Origin: Salinibacter sp.
Lineage (GTDB): Bacteria > Bacteroidota > Rhodothermia > Rhodothermales > Salinibacteraceae
Reading direction: 5' to 3'
DNA length: 59,700 nucleotides
Assembly (NCBI GenBank): GCA_042219055.1
Contig: JBDGQN010000070.1
Location: 1 to 59,700 of the forward strand
Part shown: in pieces, positions 20,498-29,755 of the stretch
How positions within the stretch are numbered: position 1 is the stretch's first letter
How the letters are laid out: each line of letters starts with the position of its first letter
Position numbers and translations under genes: made by a program
Notes under the pieces: model-generated
Databases searched by the model: none
What the model saw: the letters and a program-made list of their open reading frames with translations, nothing else
Told to the model about the DNA's origin: nothing

Positions 20498-21577
20498 CTA
20501 TTCTCGAAAATCAGGCGCCTCATCGACATAGTAGGAGGAAGACTTCCCCGGCTGTGCGTGCAGGTAGGTCTTCGTCGTCTCAATGCTTTCGTGCCCGAGC
20601 GTCTCCCGCACGAGTGCAAGGTCGGCGCCCTTCTGCAGAGCATGGGAGGCGTGTGCGTGCCGAAACCAGTGAGGAGACACCTCGGAGGTCATAATCGGTT
20701 CTCCGTTCTCATCCCGCTTCACGGCGCCGTCCGCATCCGTCTTCTCCGTGAGCTTTACCCCGGCTCGTGTAGACGCTTTTTTGACGATGCGCCAGATTTG
20801 CGAACGGGACAGACAGCCGCCTTTCTGGGACCGAAACACTGGATCGTCCGGCTTGCCAAATCCCTCCGCTTTTTCCTCTTCGTGGAGCCGTATAATTAGG
20901 CCCCAGACCTTACTGTATAGCGTGACCGCTCGTGTCTTATCACCTTTTCCAAAGAACGTGACCTGTCCCCCCGGGCGCCCGTCCGGTCCTTCCAGATCGG
21001 GGCGATCCTTTAGGTCTCTCCATCGGAGATCTTCCACGTCGGAGACGCGGCCCCCGGAAGCGTAGAACAGCCGCAAGAGAACATGATTGCGGAGATCCGT
21101 CTCATCCCGGAGAATTGCCCATAGGTTGGCCTCCGAGAGAATTCGTTCAGCGCGGTCGTTGCGTACAGAAGGTGTTGAGAGGGCTGCCCCGACGTTGTGG
21201 GCGAAGTACCGAAGCTTGGTGCCAAATGTAAAGAGGCTCTTAACGGCGGAGAGCTTACGTTTCCTGGAGGACTTGGCGTAGTCCTGATTGGCGAGGTGCT
21301 CGCGAAATTCCTGCAGGTGTCCCAGCGTGACGTAGCGAAGGGGCAAGTCCACAAAGTCGACAAATTGCTCTAAGTCTCGGGCGTATTCTTGTTGCGTCCG
21401 CGAGCTTTTTTCGGCGAGCCAGCGTTGGACTAGCGTTTCGTCGGAGTTGATCGAGCTGCTTGCATCCGTTGGGGCGTTGTACGGCAGCTGCTCGTCGTCG
21501 CGATCCGATACGTGCTGCATGTCGCTTGGATCAACCGTCTGCCGTTGAAGCTGAGTCTTCGAGTTGGAGGTGGGCAT
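20498..21577 (-). CDS. Tyrosine recombinase/integrase (XerC/D-like), catalytic residues intact
   Basis: YASGGRVSD (R), GKGDK (K), HWFRH (HxxR), LGH (H), TKTY (Y). Confidence 0.95.
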   Translation of the reverse strand: MPTSNSKTQLQRQTVDPSDMQHVSDRDDEQLPYNAPTDASSSINSDETLVQRWLAEKSSRTQQEYARDLEQFVDFVDLPLRYVTLGHLQEFREHLANQDYAKSSRKRKLSAVKSLFTFGTKLRYFAHNVGAALSTPSVRNDRAERILSEANLWAILRDETDLRNHVLLRLFYASGGRVSDVEDLRWRDLKDRPDLEGPDGRPGGQVTFFGKGDKTRAVTLYSKVWGLIIRLHEEEKAEGFGKPDDPVFRSQKGGCLSRSQIWRIVKKASTRAGVKLTEKTDADGAVKRDENGEPIMTSEVSPHWFRHAHASHALQKGADLALVRETLGHESIETTKTYLHAQPGKSSSYYVDEAPDFRE

Positions 21578-21730
21578 AGTGTAGAATCAGCCAGTTCCTT
21601 GAAGGAAAGTCATTTCGGGAGAAGCTGAGCCATCGCATCAGGGCCAGCAGAATCAAGTCCTGAGCGCCGAGTAATGCTGATCAAACGGGATCTCATTGGG
21701 ATTGTCCAACAAAACGACGAGCGCGCAAAA

Positions 21731-21758
21731 ACGCAACATAACGCTTATTAGATCCCGA
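21731..21758. promoter_or_regulatory. dif/Xer-like recombination site upstream of recombinase 1
   Basis: 11-6-11 layout ACGCAACATAA-CGCTTA-TTAGATCCCGA; AACATAA equals the inner XerD arm of dif. Confidence 0.5.
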
Positions 21759-21802
21759 TTTTACTCGTGGTGAATTTCCCTTGGCAAAGCGAAATCGGAC
21801 GT

Positions 21803-22714
21803 TCAATATTGCCCACCAGAGGGAATCTTTTCAGCGTCCAAGTCTATGCATTCGACCGGGCTGTCGCTGAGGGTCCCACTCGAGTGCTCGGAGTCGTAGA
21901 GACGTGCTGCTGTAGCCGAATCCGCAAGCCGACCATGTGCTTGAACCTGTGGTACACTGGCACCTCCCTCCAGCGCAATTTGCAATCCGGCTTGTCGAAG
22001 CGTATCGATGCTGACTGGTTTAAGACCTGCTTGGTGTGAAACGCAGCGGACGACCTTGTAGACCGCGTCGGCCGTCATGGGCGCCCCGCGGTTCTGATTG
22101 CTCACGGACCGCCAGAGACGGCCCTTCGTGATGCCATACCGGTCTTTGACCCGCTCAATCGCTTCTACGACGGTCTCGGGAATTCGTACGTACCCACTGC
22201 TTTTGGCAATCGGATCGAGATCCAGAATCCAGTAGCCGCCGAGCGGACGCACGTGGTCGACCTCAAGAGACGCGATCTCGCGGCGGCGCAGCGCCCCGTA
22301 CACAATCGTAAGAATCAGCGCCTGGTCGCGGAGCCCGGACCGCGCAGATTCCCCAGCAACCTCAATCATCTTCTCGACGTTGGCTTTCGAAAGAGTGGCA
22401 CTGGAAGACATCTCAGCTTTGGGACGCAACGGTTCGACCTGAGGGTGTCGGGCAGGGTTTCGTGAGACAAAACCGTTCTGAATCAGCCAGTCGAAAAACC
22501 CCCGAAGTGCAGACAGCCGACGCTGTTGCGTCGATAGCGCCTTCCCGTCTCGCGACATCGACCGGATGACGGACTGAATGGCATCCGGGTCAATCCGCTC
22601 AACGTCGGACTCGTCGAGGTCCCTCTTTCCGAAAAATCGCTGTAGATCTGCGTCGTACGCACGGCAGGTCTGGTCGGACGAGATCGTTTCGAGGTACCGG
22701 GATAATAGACTCAT
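21803..22714 (-). CDS. Tyrosine recombinase-like protein with degenerate catalytic motifs
   Basis: SAM-like N-domain (RRLSALRGFFDWL, NPA) and RDQALI...GALRRREI. HxxR is DTLR, LGH is HGR, and the Tyr is retained (ARLY). Confidence 0.85.
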   Translation of the reverse strand: MSLLSRYLETISSDQTCRAYDADLQRFFGKRDLDESDVERIDPDAIQSVIRSMSRDGKALSTQQRRLSALRGFFDWLIQNGFVSRNPARHPQVEPLRPKAEMSSSATLSKANVEKMIEVAGESARSGLRDQALILTIVYGALRRREIASLEVDHVRPLGGYWILDLDPIAKSSGYVRIPETVVEAIERVKDRYGITKGRLWRSVSNQNRGAPMTADAVYKVVRCVSHQAGLKPVSIDTLRQAGLQIALEGGASVPQVQAHGRLADSATAARLYDSEHSSGTLSDSPVECIDLDAEKIPSGGQY

Positions 22715-22748
22715 TGACTATTGATATATTTATATACGAGATCTCGGT

Positions 22749-22776
22749 TTTAGTGATAATAGTGTTTATCAAAAGC
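22749..22776. promoter_or_regulatory. dif/Xer-like palindromic site upstream of recombinase 2
   Basis: TTTAGTGATAA-TAGTGT-TTATCAAAAGC: perfect TGATAA/TTATCA inverted repeat around a 6-bp spacer in an AT-rich patch. Confidence 0.55.
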
Positions 22777-22861
22777 TAACGGCGAAAGAGAAAATTTAGG
22801 CGCGAGGTCCTCCCGGTCAGCAGGGACGCCGCCGTCCCCGCTGACCGATTCGCGGACCGGC

Positions 22862-24070
22862 TCATCCAGTCTCCGTCGCTTTCACATCGGCCTTGTAGCG
22901 GAAGATCGCGGCCACGCTGCGGCCCCCCGGCATTTGATCGGGACGCAGCACGTGAACGGTTGCGCCATTGAGGTAAGACTGAAGCGCGGCGTAGTTTAAG
23001 AGATCCCCATCCCCCGGCTCCTGTGATTCGTGGACTTCCACGGTGTTGGTTTCAGGATCGAACCGTCCCCACCGATACTCCCCAAGAGGGACAAAAAGTG
23101 TCTCGACGCGGCTGTATGCGCACCCAGGGATGATTTCGTGGAAGTCATCCGAAGCAAGGTCCCCGTTCTGGTAGTACAAGTCTTCAAAGCGATCCAATTC
23201 TTCGGCCTGCAATTCTTCCAGGACGGACTCAACGAGCGGCCAAGCGTTCTCGTGCAGTTCCTGAGCGCTAAGCTGCTCGGGGTTTCCCGCGACAATCTCG
23301 TCGTCCAGGAGGTGAGGATAACTGTTCACGCTTTCGTAGAGCGGTAGGTACTCAGAGACCCCAGCCAATACAAGGGGAGCCTCTTCTCCTCCGATGTAAT
23401 CCGAAACGCTCTCGTCAACCTGACGGAAATATCGTTTCAGGCGATCTCTCGGCTCACCGCTCTGATCCTCGGACGATCCGTGCCCATGACGCCGCTGATC
23501 CGCCCGACCGTCGGGCGAAGAACTGCCCTGAGTATGCATCTGAACTCCCTGCTCCGGGGGTTCCTCGTACTGCTCCACGGCCGTCACAATGTCAGAGGGA
23601 ATCTCCGCAGCCTCCACTTCACTGATGGCCTGATGGGTTCCCTGGTAGAGACGGACGTCGTTCTTGCTGAGGCTCAGGAGGTAAAATCGTCTGTTGGCAG
23701 CGATCAGCGGGAAAAGGGGCTTCAAGTGGAACCGGTCTTCAACAATCGAAAGTTCGTCAAACGACAGGGGAAGCCGATAAAACTCGGAGGTATCGGCGGT
23801 AATAAAAGCGGCGAGTCCTTGGCTCAGACCGCGCCAAAAGCCGGGACGATCGAGCAACTGACGAGCATCGGCAAGGATCTTGTCGGCCTGGGATTCGCGG
23901 TATCCTTGTTCTTCGATTTGGTTCTTCGCATCTCGGAGGAGATTCTTGAGTCGAGTCGTGTTCTGGGACCAATCGGACCGAAAGCGATGGGTGGGCATGT
24001 ACAGGGAGATACACAGGTCATCTTCTAACTCGGCCAAGCGCCTTAGCTCGTCGCGATTGAATAGATCCAT
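22862..24070 (-). CDS. Bacterial archaeo-eukaryotic release factor family protein (baeRF3/baeRF7-like)
   Basis: CISLYMPTHR, FHLKPL, FYLLSLSKNDVRLY, YFRQVD, PLVLAGV, GNPE, RVETLF. Confidence 0.88.
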   Translation of the reverse strand: MDLFNRDELRRLAELEDDLCISLYMPTHRFRSDWSQNTTRLKNLLRDAKNQIEEQGYRESQADKILADARQLLDRPGFWRGLSQGLAAFITADTSEFYRLPLSFDELSIVEDRFHLKPLFPLIAANRRFYLLSLSKNDVRLYQGTHQAISEVEAAEIPSDIVTAVEQYEEPPEQGVQMHTQGSSSPDGRADQRRHGHGSSEDQSGEPRDRLKRYFRQVDESVSDYIGGEEAPLVLAGVSEYLPLYESVNSYPHLLDDEIVAGNPEQLSAQELHENAWPLVESVLEELQAEELDRFEDLYYQNGDLASDDFHEIIPGCAYSRVETLFVPLGEYRWGRFDPETNTVEVHESQEPGDGDLLNYAALQSYLNGATVHVLRPDQMPGGRSVAAIFRYKADVKATETG

Positions 24071-24165
24071 AATCGAAGTGGAGTTTAGGGAGCGGTCAGC
24101 GATAAGGGTCAGAGTGTAGGTAGAACCGGCACAGCCCTGAGAAACGAAGCCCGGAGGAAGGGCCA

Positions 24166-24792
24166 CTACTCCGGTGCCGTCTCGCGAAGGACTGCACGGA
24201 TCGGGGCCGCATCGCCACCTGTTATCTTCAGCGGAAGCGCCATCAAGAAATACATGCCGGGGGGGACATCGTCGAGAGAAAGACCTTCCAAGTTCACAAT
24301 CCCGGCGTGAATGATGGCGTGGTGAACAGGTAGGTTCGTGCTATCCAAAGGATCCACAGAAGGTGCATCAGTGCCCACCAGCACGGTACCCTCTGCCTCC
24401 AGGTAGCGGACCGTTTCTGGATCCAGAGCAGTCACCGTGTCGGGCCATTGATCGTCAGACAGTGTGCTCGCTTCCGTCTTGAACAATACGCGTTCTGCGG
24501 CTCGGCCCTCTACGTGCTCGGGCCGAATCCGAGACGTCGTTCTCACATCGATGACCCGGGCGGGTCCAATGAAGACGGAGAGCGGCAGGTCATCGGTGGT
24601 TCCTCCCTCCTCGCACACGTGACGCGGGGCGTCCACGTGTGAGCCCACATGCGTGCTCAACTGGATGGATCCAAGGTTGACTGAAGCATCTTGCTCAGAT
24701 AAGTGACGTGTCCAGGTCCATTCTACCTCTTGATCGCCCGGCCATACAGCCGTCGCGGGAGATACAGATCGTGAGATGTCAAGGAGTGCCAT
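24166..24792 (-). CDS. Cyclase family / kynurenine formamidase (KynB-like)
   Basis: HVGSHVDAPRH metal motif, GTDAPSVD, LEGL, PLKITGGDAAPIRAV. Confidence 0.9.
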   Translation of the reverse strand: MALLDISRSVSPATAVWPGDQEVEWTWTRHLSEQDASVNLGSIQLSTHVGSHVDAPRHVCEEGGTTDDLPLSVFIGPARVIDVRTTSRIRPEHVEGRAAERVLFKTEASTLSDDQWPDTVTALDPETVRYLEAEGTVLVGTDAPSVDPLDSTNLPVHHAIIHAGIVNLEGLSLDDVPPGMYFLMALPLKITGGDAAPIRAVLRETAPE

Positions 24793-24804
24793 CGCGAAAA
24801 TAGG

Positions 24805-25038
24805 CTACTGCGCTTGCTCGCGGGTGGGCAATGGGGGACTATGCACGGGAGCGTCGTGCTTCGGCCGCCGGTCCCCCGAAAAGGACGGCGGGGGAGGAGC
24901 CGGACGCCACTGTGGCCCTCCCGGTGGTCCTCCCGAGGAACCTGAATCGTCGCTCCAAATGAAGTGCCAGAGCAACGTCCCAAGGATGATGGGTCCGAAC
25001 GCAACGAAGAAACTGAGCACCTGATAGATCCAGTTCAT
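24805..25038 (-). CDS. Small hypothetical membrane protein with Pro/Gly-rich tail
   Basis: N-terminal TM helix; ends 12 bp upstream of the cyclase gene on the same strand. Confidence 0.55.
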   Translation of the reverse strand: MNWIYQVLSFFVAFGPIILGTLLWHFIWSDDSGSSGGPPGGPQWRPAPPPPSFSGDRRPKHDAPVHSPPLPTREQAQ

Positions 25039-25246
25039 GGCCGGCGGTCGAATCGGTGGGAAGAGGCCGTGAGCGAGTGCCAATCGTCACGTGAGGTGGA
25101 GACTTCACTACGCTTTAATGACCACGTCTGAGTGACACAACGGTTTCGGAATTTCTGCGTCTCCAGCGTGAAAATGACGTCGCTGATGCTTCTCTTCCAT
25201 TTTCACTTAGGGTAAGCTGATTTCTCTCGATAAGGTAGTCTCTCCC

Positions 25247-26767
25247 ATGCCGAGCGACTTCGATCTGATTACAATTGGGGCTGGTCACAACGGACTCATC
25301 GCGAGTGCCTACGCCGCCCAAGCAGGGCATCGAGTAGCGGTGTTCGAACAGCGAGAGATTGTCGGGGGGGCAGTCTCAACAAAAGAACTCGTTCCAGGCT
25401 ATCAGATCGACCTCGGGGGCAGCGCCCACATCCTCATCCGACAGACGCCGATCGTCGAGGAGTTGGAACTGGAAAGGTATGGATTGTCTTATCTCGAACT
25501 GGACCCGATGTTCGTAGCGCCGTTCCCGGACGGCGATGTCATATATTTTTACCGTGACCTCGATCGGACGGTCCACCACCTCGAACAGCTCTTTCCTGGG
25601 GAGGGCCAAGCGTATCGGGAGTTTGTGACCGACTGGATTGGCTTTGCGCGCACGATGCGGGACATCTTCCTCGCTCCTCCCTCCCCCCTAGAGATCGGGA
25701 AGCGCTTTGTTGCTGGAGCGAGTTCTCCCCTTCGGTGGCAGAAAGAACTTCGGTACATCCTTCGGCCCTACCAGGAAGTACTCAACGAGTACTTTGAAGA
25801 AGAAAAGCTCCGAACGGCCATTGCGTGGATGGCAGCCCAGTCGGGTCCTCCCCCCACGGAGCCGTTGACCGGCCCCTTCGTACTTTGGCATCCTCTCTAC
25901 CACGAGGGCGGAGTCGCGCGGCCTCGGGGCGGCTCCGGAGAGCTCACCCAGGCGCTTCGGCGCCACATTGAGGCGCACGGGGGAGAGATTTACACCAATG
26001 CTCATGTCGACGGCATACTGGCGGAGCATGGACGGGCTCAAGGAGTACACGTTGACGAAAGCACATACACCAGCCGCGCCGTCTGTGCGGCCACCCACGC
26101 CCGAGAAACGTTCCACCACCTCCTTCCTCCCCGGCACCGCCCCGAGGACGCTGGGGGAATGCGCATCGGCAATGGATTTGGGGCGATGCTTCGCCTCGCG
26201 CTCGATGAGCCCGTCACGTATCGGGCCTGCCCCGACGAAGAGGCCCGGGTCGGACTCCAGCTGCTCTGCCGAAACATGACGCAACTTCGCGCTGCATACG
26301 GCGACCACCTGTCGGGACGTCCGGCTCAGGATCCCCCCCTGATTGCCATGACGTTCTCTGCGGTCGACGATACGCTCGCCCCTCCCGGCGGTGAAGTACT
26401 CTGGTTGTGGGGGCAATACTTTCCGTACGAACTCTCCGGAACGGACACATGGTCACAGATTGCCGACACCGTTGCGGATTCTCTCATCAGTCAGTTTGAG
26501 AAGTACGCCCCAGGCACGCGCGAGTCGATTGTCGGACAGCTGTTCCAACATCCCGAGTGGCTCGAAGAGCATCTTGGTCTTTACCGGGGCAACGTAATGC
26601 ACCTCGAAATGAGCATCGATCAGATGTTTGCGGGACGTCCGTTCTTCGGAGCGGCGAACTACCAAGGGCCGATCGATGATCTGTATCTTACGGGGGCGAG
26701 CACTCACCCCGGAGGGGGGATCATGGGAGCTTCGGGCCGCAACGCTGCACGCGTTATTCTTTCTTGA
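25247..26767 (+). CDS. crtO: CrtI-superfamily FAD oxidoreductase, probable beta-carotene ketolase
   Basis: [11 protein letters not shown] motif and [23 protein letters not shown]; lies next to lycopene cyclase and xanthorhodopsin, as known for Salinibacter crtO. Confidence 0.8.
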   Translation: MPSDFDLITIGAGHNGLIASAYAAQAGHRVAVFEQREIVGGAVSTKELVPGYQIDLGGSAHILIRQTPIVEELELERYGLSYLELDPMFVAPFPDGDVIYFYRDLDRTVHHLEQLFPGEGQAYREFVTDWIGFARTMRDIFLAPPSPLEIGKRFVAGASSPLRWQKELRYILRPYQEVLNEYFEEEKLRTAIAWMAAQSGPPPTEPLTGPFVLWHPLYHEGGVARPRGGSGELTQALRRHIEAHGGEIYTNAHVDGILAEHGRAQGVHVDESTYTSRAVCAATHARETFHHLLPPRHRPEDAGGMRIGNGFGAMLRLALDEPVTYRACPDEEARVGLQLLCRNMTQLRAAYGDHLSGRPAQDPPLIAMTFSAVDDTLAPPGGEVLWLWGQYFPYELSGTDTWSQIADTVADSLISQFEKYAPGTRESIVGQLFQHPEWLEEHLGLYRGNVMHLEMSIDQMFAGRPFFGAANYQGPIDDLYLTGASTHPGGGIMGASGRNAARVILS

Positions 26768-26824
26768 AAGTTTCAAATTTAAATAACAGAAATTCAGGTC
26801 CTGATCCATGACTTCCTCCCCTCG

Positions 26825-27565
26825 ATGAGCTATCTCACGTTCCACCTGATATTTCTAATCCCACCGATCGCAGGACTCCTCCTTACAGTCCGCTCTCCGA
26901 AGCTCACTGATGGGAGTCTGCGAGTTCGCCTGGCTCTGCCTCTGATCTGCCTGATTGCACTGATTTACACGACGCCCTGGGACAACTACCTAGTCGCTCG
27001 TGAAATCTGGTGGTACTCCTCCGCCCGCATCATTGGCACAGTCGGATACGTGCCCATCGAAGAATATCTCTTCTTTCTCCTCCAGCCGCTACTGACCGGA
27101 CTGGTCCTTTACCACTACTTGGGGAGGTTCGGACCCACGCCCCGCTCATCGTCCGAATACGCCCCGTGGGCCGGTGCCTTCTCTTTCCTGGGAATAACCT
27201 TCCTTGGGATCTTCTTCCTTCTCGATGGCCAACCGGAAACCCTGTACTTGGCATTGATCCTGATCTGGGCCCCGCCCATCCTCGCTGGAATGTGGCTCTA
27301 CGATGGGGAAACCCTCTGGTCCCTCCGGGTCCCTGTTACAATTTCGACCACATTGCCCACCGTCTACCTGTGGATTGCTGACGCTGTCGCGATTCAAACG
27401 AATATATGGACAATCTCCCCCAAGCATACGATTGGACTGGCTCCATTGGGCCTTCCCCTTGAAGAGGCCTCCTTTTTCCTTTTTACAAATCTACTCGTCG
27501 TACACGGCATTTTGCTTTTATTGTATGGCTCCCACGAGGCTCTCTCTAGGAAACCTGCTTGTTAG
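26825..27565 (+). CDS. Membrane lycopene cyclase (fused CrtYcd type, two repeats)
   Basis: YTTPWDNYLV...W...PIEEYLFF and a second repeat D.VAI...W...LPLEEASFF. Confidence 0.9.
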   Translation: MSYLTFHLIFLIPPIAGLLLTVRSPKLTDGSLRVRLALPLICLIALIYTTPWDNYLVAREIWWYSSARIIGTVGYVPIEEYLFFLLQPLLTGLVLYHYLGRFGPTPRSSSEYAPWAGAFSFLGITFLGIFFLLDGQPETLYLALILIWAPPILAGMWLYDGETLWSLRVPVTISTTLPTVYLWIADAVAIQTNIWTISPKHTIGLAPLGLPLEEASFFLFTNLLVVHGILLLLYGSHEALSRKPAC

Positions 27566-27827
27566 GAACGGTGACCTCAGTGCCACAGAAAGATTTCTAT
27601 AGGTCATTCTTCAATATATAACCCACGGCTTACATTTTCCGGCGTATTACACCCTGGTCTCACTGGCATTCGTAGCAGACTAAAATTAGATTGCTGAATG
27701 CTTGGTCGGTTGCTCCCAAACAATGGAGGAGCTTTTTGATCGTCGGGGAGCCTCCCCCCTGACTGAGCACTGGACCGGCGGACATACGACTTCACTCACT
27801 CAATCACCCAATCCTCAGGAATTACTC

Positions 27828-28640
27828 ATGCTACAAGATCTACCCACCCTAACACTGGGGCAGTACTCCCTAGTGTACAACATGCTCTCCTTCACCATCG
27901 CGACAATGGCGGCGGCCTTCGTCTTCTTCGTCATGGCCCAGAAGAACTTAGCGCCGAAGTACCGAATTTCGATGATGGTGTCGGCGCTCGTCGTCTTCAT
28001 CGCAGGGTACCACTACTTCCGAATCTTCAATAGCTTTCAAGGAGCATTCGAACTCGCCGGTGGAATGTATAAGCCAACCGGTGACCCCCTTAATGATGCC
28101 TACCGGTACGTGGACTGGCTCCTGACGGTGCCTCTCCTCACCGTCGAGCTTGTCCTGGTCATGGACTTGCCGGAGGGCGAGAGCGGCCCCCTTGCCGCGA
28201 AGCTCGGCTTTGCAGCAGCCCTCATGATTGCCCTTGGATATCCGGGCGAGATGAGCGAAAGCACTGCGCTCTTTGGCGCCCGCGGATTTTGGGGACTCTT
28301 TAGCACACTCCCCTTCATTTACGTCCTGTATAAGCTCTTCTTTGGGCTCGGGGACGTGATTCAGCGGCAGTCAGGCGAAGTGGCAACTTTGCTTGGCAAT
28401 GCGCGTCTGCTCTTGCTGCTGACCTGGGGCTGGTACCCAATCGTGTACATGGTTCCGATGTTCGCAAGCGGGTATCCGGCAAACGCACCGGGCACCCTGG
28501 TCACGCTGCAGGTCGGGTACACGATTGCCGACATCACCGCGAAGGCCGGATACGGTGTGCTCATTTACATGATTGCGAAGCAGAAGTCTGTTGAGGAAGG
28601 CTACGACGTGAATCAGCTGGTTGAGACTGCAACAGCGTAG
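27828..28640 (+). CDS. xop: Xanthorhodopsin (DTE proton pump with carotenoid antenna fenestration)
   Basis: MLQDLPTLTLGQYSLV..., YHYFRI (His62), RYVDWLLTVPLLTVE (D96/T100/E107), RGFWG (Gly156), DITAKAGYG (retinal Lys). Confidence 0.96.
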   Translation: MLQDLPTLTLGQYSLVYNMLSFTIATMAAAFVFFVMAQKNLAPKYRISMMVSALVVFIAGYHYFRIFNSFQGAFELAGGMYKPTGDPLNDAYRYVDWLLTVPLLTVELVLVMDLPEGESGPLAAKLGFAAALMIALGYPGEMSESTALFGARGFWGLFSTLPFIYVLYKLFFGLGDVIQRQSGEVATLLGNARLLLLLTWGWYPIVYMVPMFASGYPANAPGTLVTLQVGYTIADITAKAGYGVLIYMIAKQKSVEEGYDVNQLVETATA

Positions 28641-28671
28641 CGTCTTCTCTCACCAAGCGAAATCCTTTTCT

Positions 28672-28710
28672 CCCCGCCGTCGGCCTGTCCGACGGCGGGG
28701 TTTTTATTTT
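28672..28710 (+). terminator. Rho-independent terminator after xanthorhodopsin
   Basis: CCCCGCCGTCGG-CCTGT-CCGACGGCGGGG followed by TTTTTATTTT. Confidence 0.9.
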
Positions 28711-28811
28711 CGCATCACCGACCATGCAGGCTCCCCATGGTCCCGGAAACCATCTCTTACACATCGGATTCAGTGGCTTCCTCGTGATTGTTCGACACTC
28801 TGCTTCCCTAA

Positions 28812-29744
28812 ATGGACGGTTCTCCTTCATCCTCGCGCCCAGTTCTGACGATCACAGGCCCTACGGCGGTCGGGAAAACAGAATTGAGTCTGGAAGTCGC
28901 CGATCGGCTCGACGCCGAAATCGTCTCCGTGGACAGTCGGCAGGTCTACGAAGAACTCACCATTGGCACCGCCAAGCCGTCTCCAGATGCTCTCGACCGG
29001 GTGCCGCACCACTTTATTGGAGAGCGAACGCTCCACGAACCGTTCTCGGCGGGGGACTACGCGGAGGCAGCCAACGAGCGGATCCGCACCATCCGCGACC
29101 GAGGGCGTCGCGTGCTGGTGGTGGGAGGCGCCACGCTGTACCTTCATGCCTTGCAATACGGACTGGCCGACATTCCCGACGTGGACGACAAGGTCCGTAA
29201 CCGGCTCGAAGGTCGACTTGAGGAAGAGGGCCAGGAGGCCCTCTACGAAGAGTTGCAGGAGGTGGACCCCGAGCAGGCGGCCGAAATGGACCCGACGAAG
29301 ACGCAGCGCGTGATCCGTGCGCTGGAGGTGTATCACGGCACAGGAAAGCCCCTGTCGCACTACTACGAACAACAGCCGGAGCCGCCCTTCGACTACGTGA
29401 CGATCGTTCTGAACCGGGACCGTGAGCAGCTCTACGACCGCATTAATCGTCGCGTAGACCAAATGCTCGACGACGGTTTGTTGGAAGAGGTCCGCACCGT
29501 GATGGACATCGATGGAATCCAGCTCGACGAGCCGCCCCTCAGCACCATTGGGTACCGAGAACCGATTCAGTACCTTCGCGGGGAGACCGACTACGACGAG
29601 ATGGTTCGCCTCGTGAAGCGGAACAGCCGGCGCTACGCCAAGCGGCAACTCACGTGGTTCCGACGGTACGACGAGTACCACTGGCGGGAGGCGACCGAGA
29701 CTAGTGCGTCGGACGTGATAGCGCTCTTTCAAAACGAGTTGTGA
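28812..29744 (+). CDS. miaA: tRNA dimethylallyltransferase
   Basis: GPTAVGKT, DSRQVY, IGTAKP, RVIRALEV, RRYAKRQLTWFR. Confidence 0.97.
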   Translation: MDGSPSSSRPVLTITGPTAVGKTELSLEVADRLDAEIVSVDSRQVYEELTIGTAKPSPDALDRVPHHFIGERTLHEPFSAGDYAEAANERIRTIRDRGRRVLVVGGATLYLHALQYGLADIPDVDDKVRNRLEGRLEEEGQEALYEELQEVDPEQAAEMDPTKTQRVIRALEVYHGTGKPLSHYYEQQPEPPFDYVTIVLNRDREQLYDRINRRVDQMLDDGLLEEVRTVMDIDGIQLDEPPLSTIGYREPIQYLRGETDYDEMVRLVKRNSRRYAKRQLTWFRRYDEYHWREATETSASDVIALFQNEL

Positions 29745-29755
29745 GGCACATCGCC

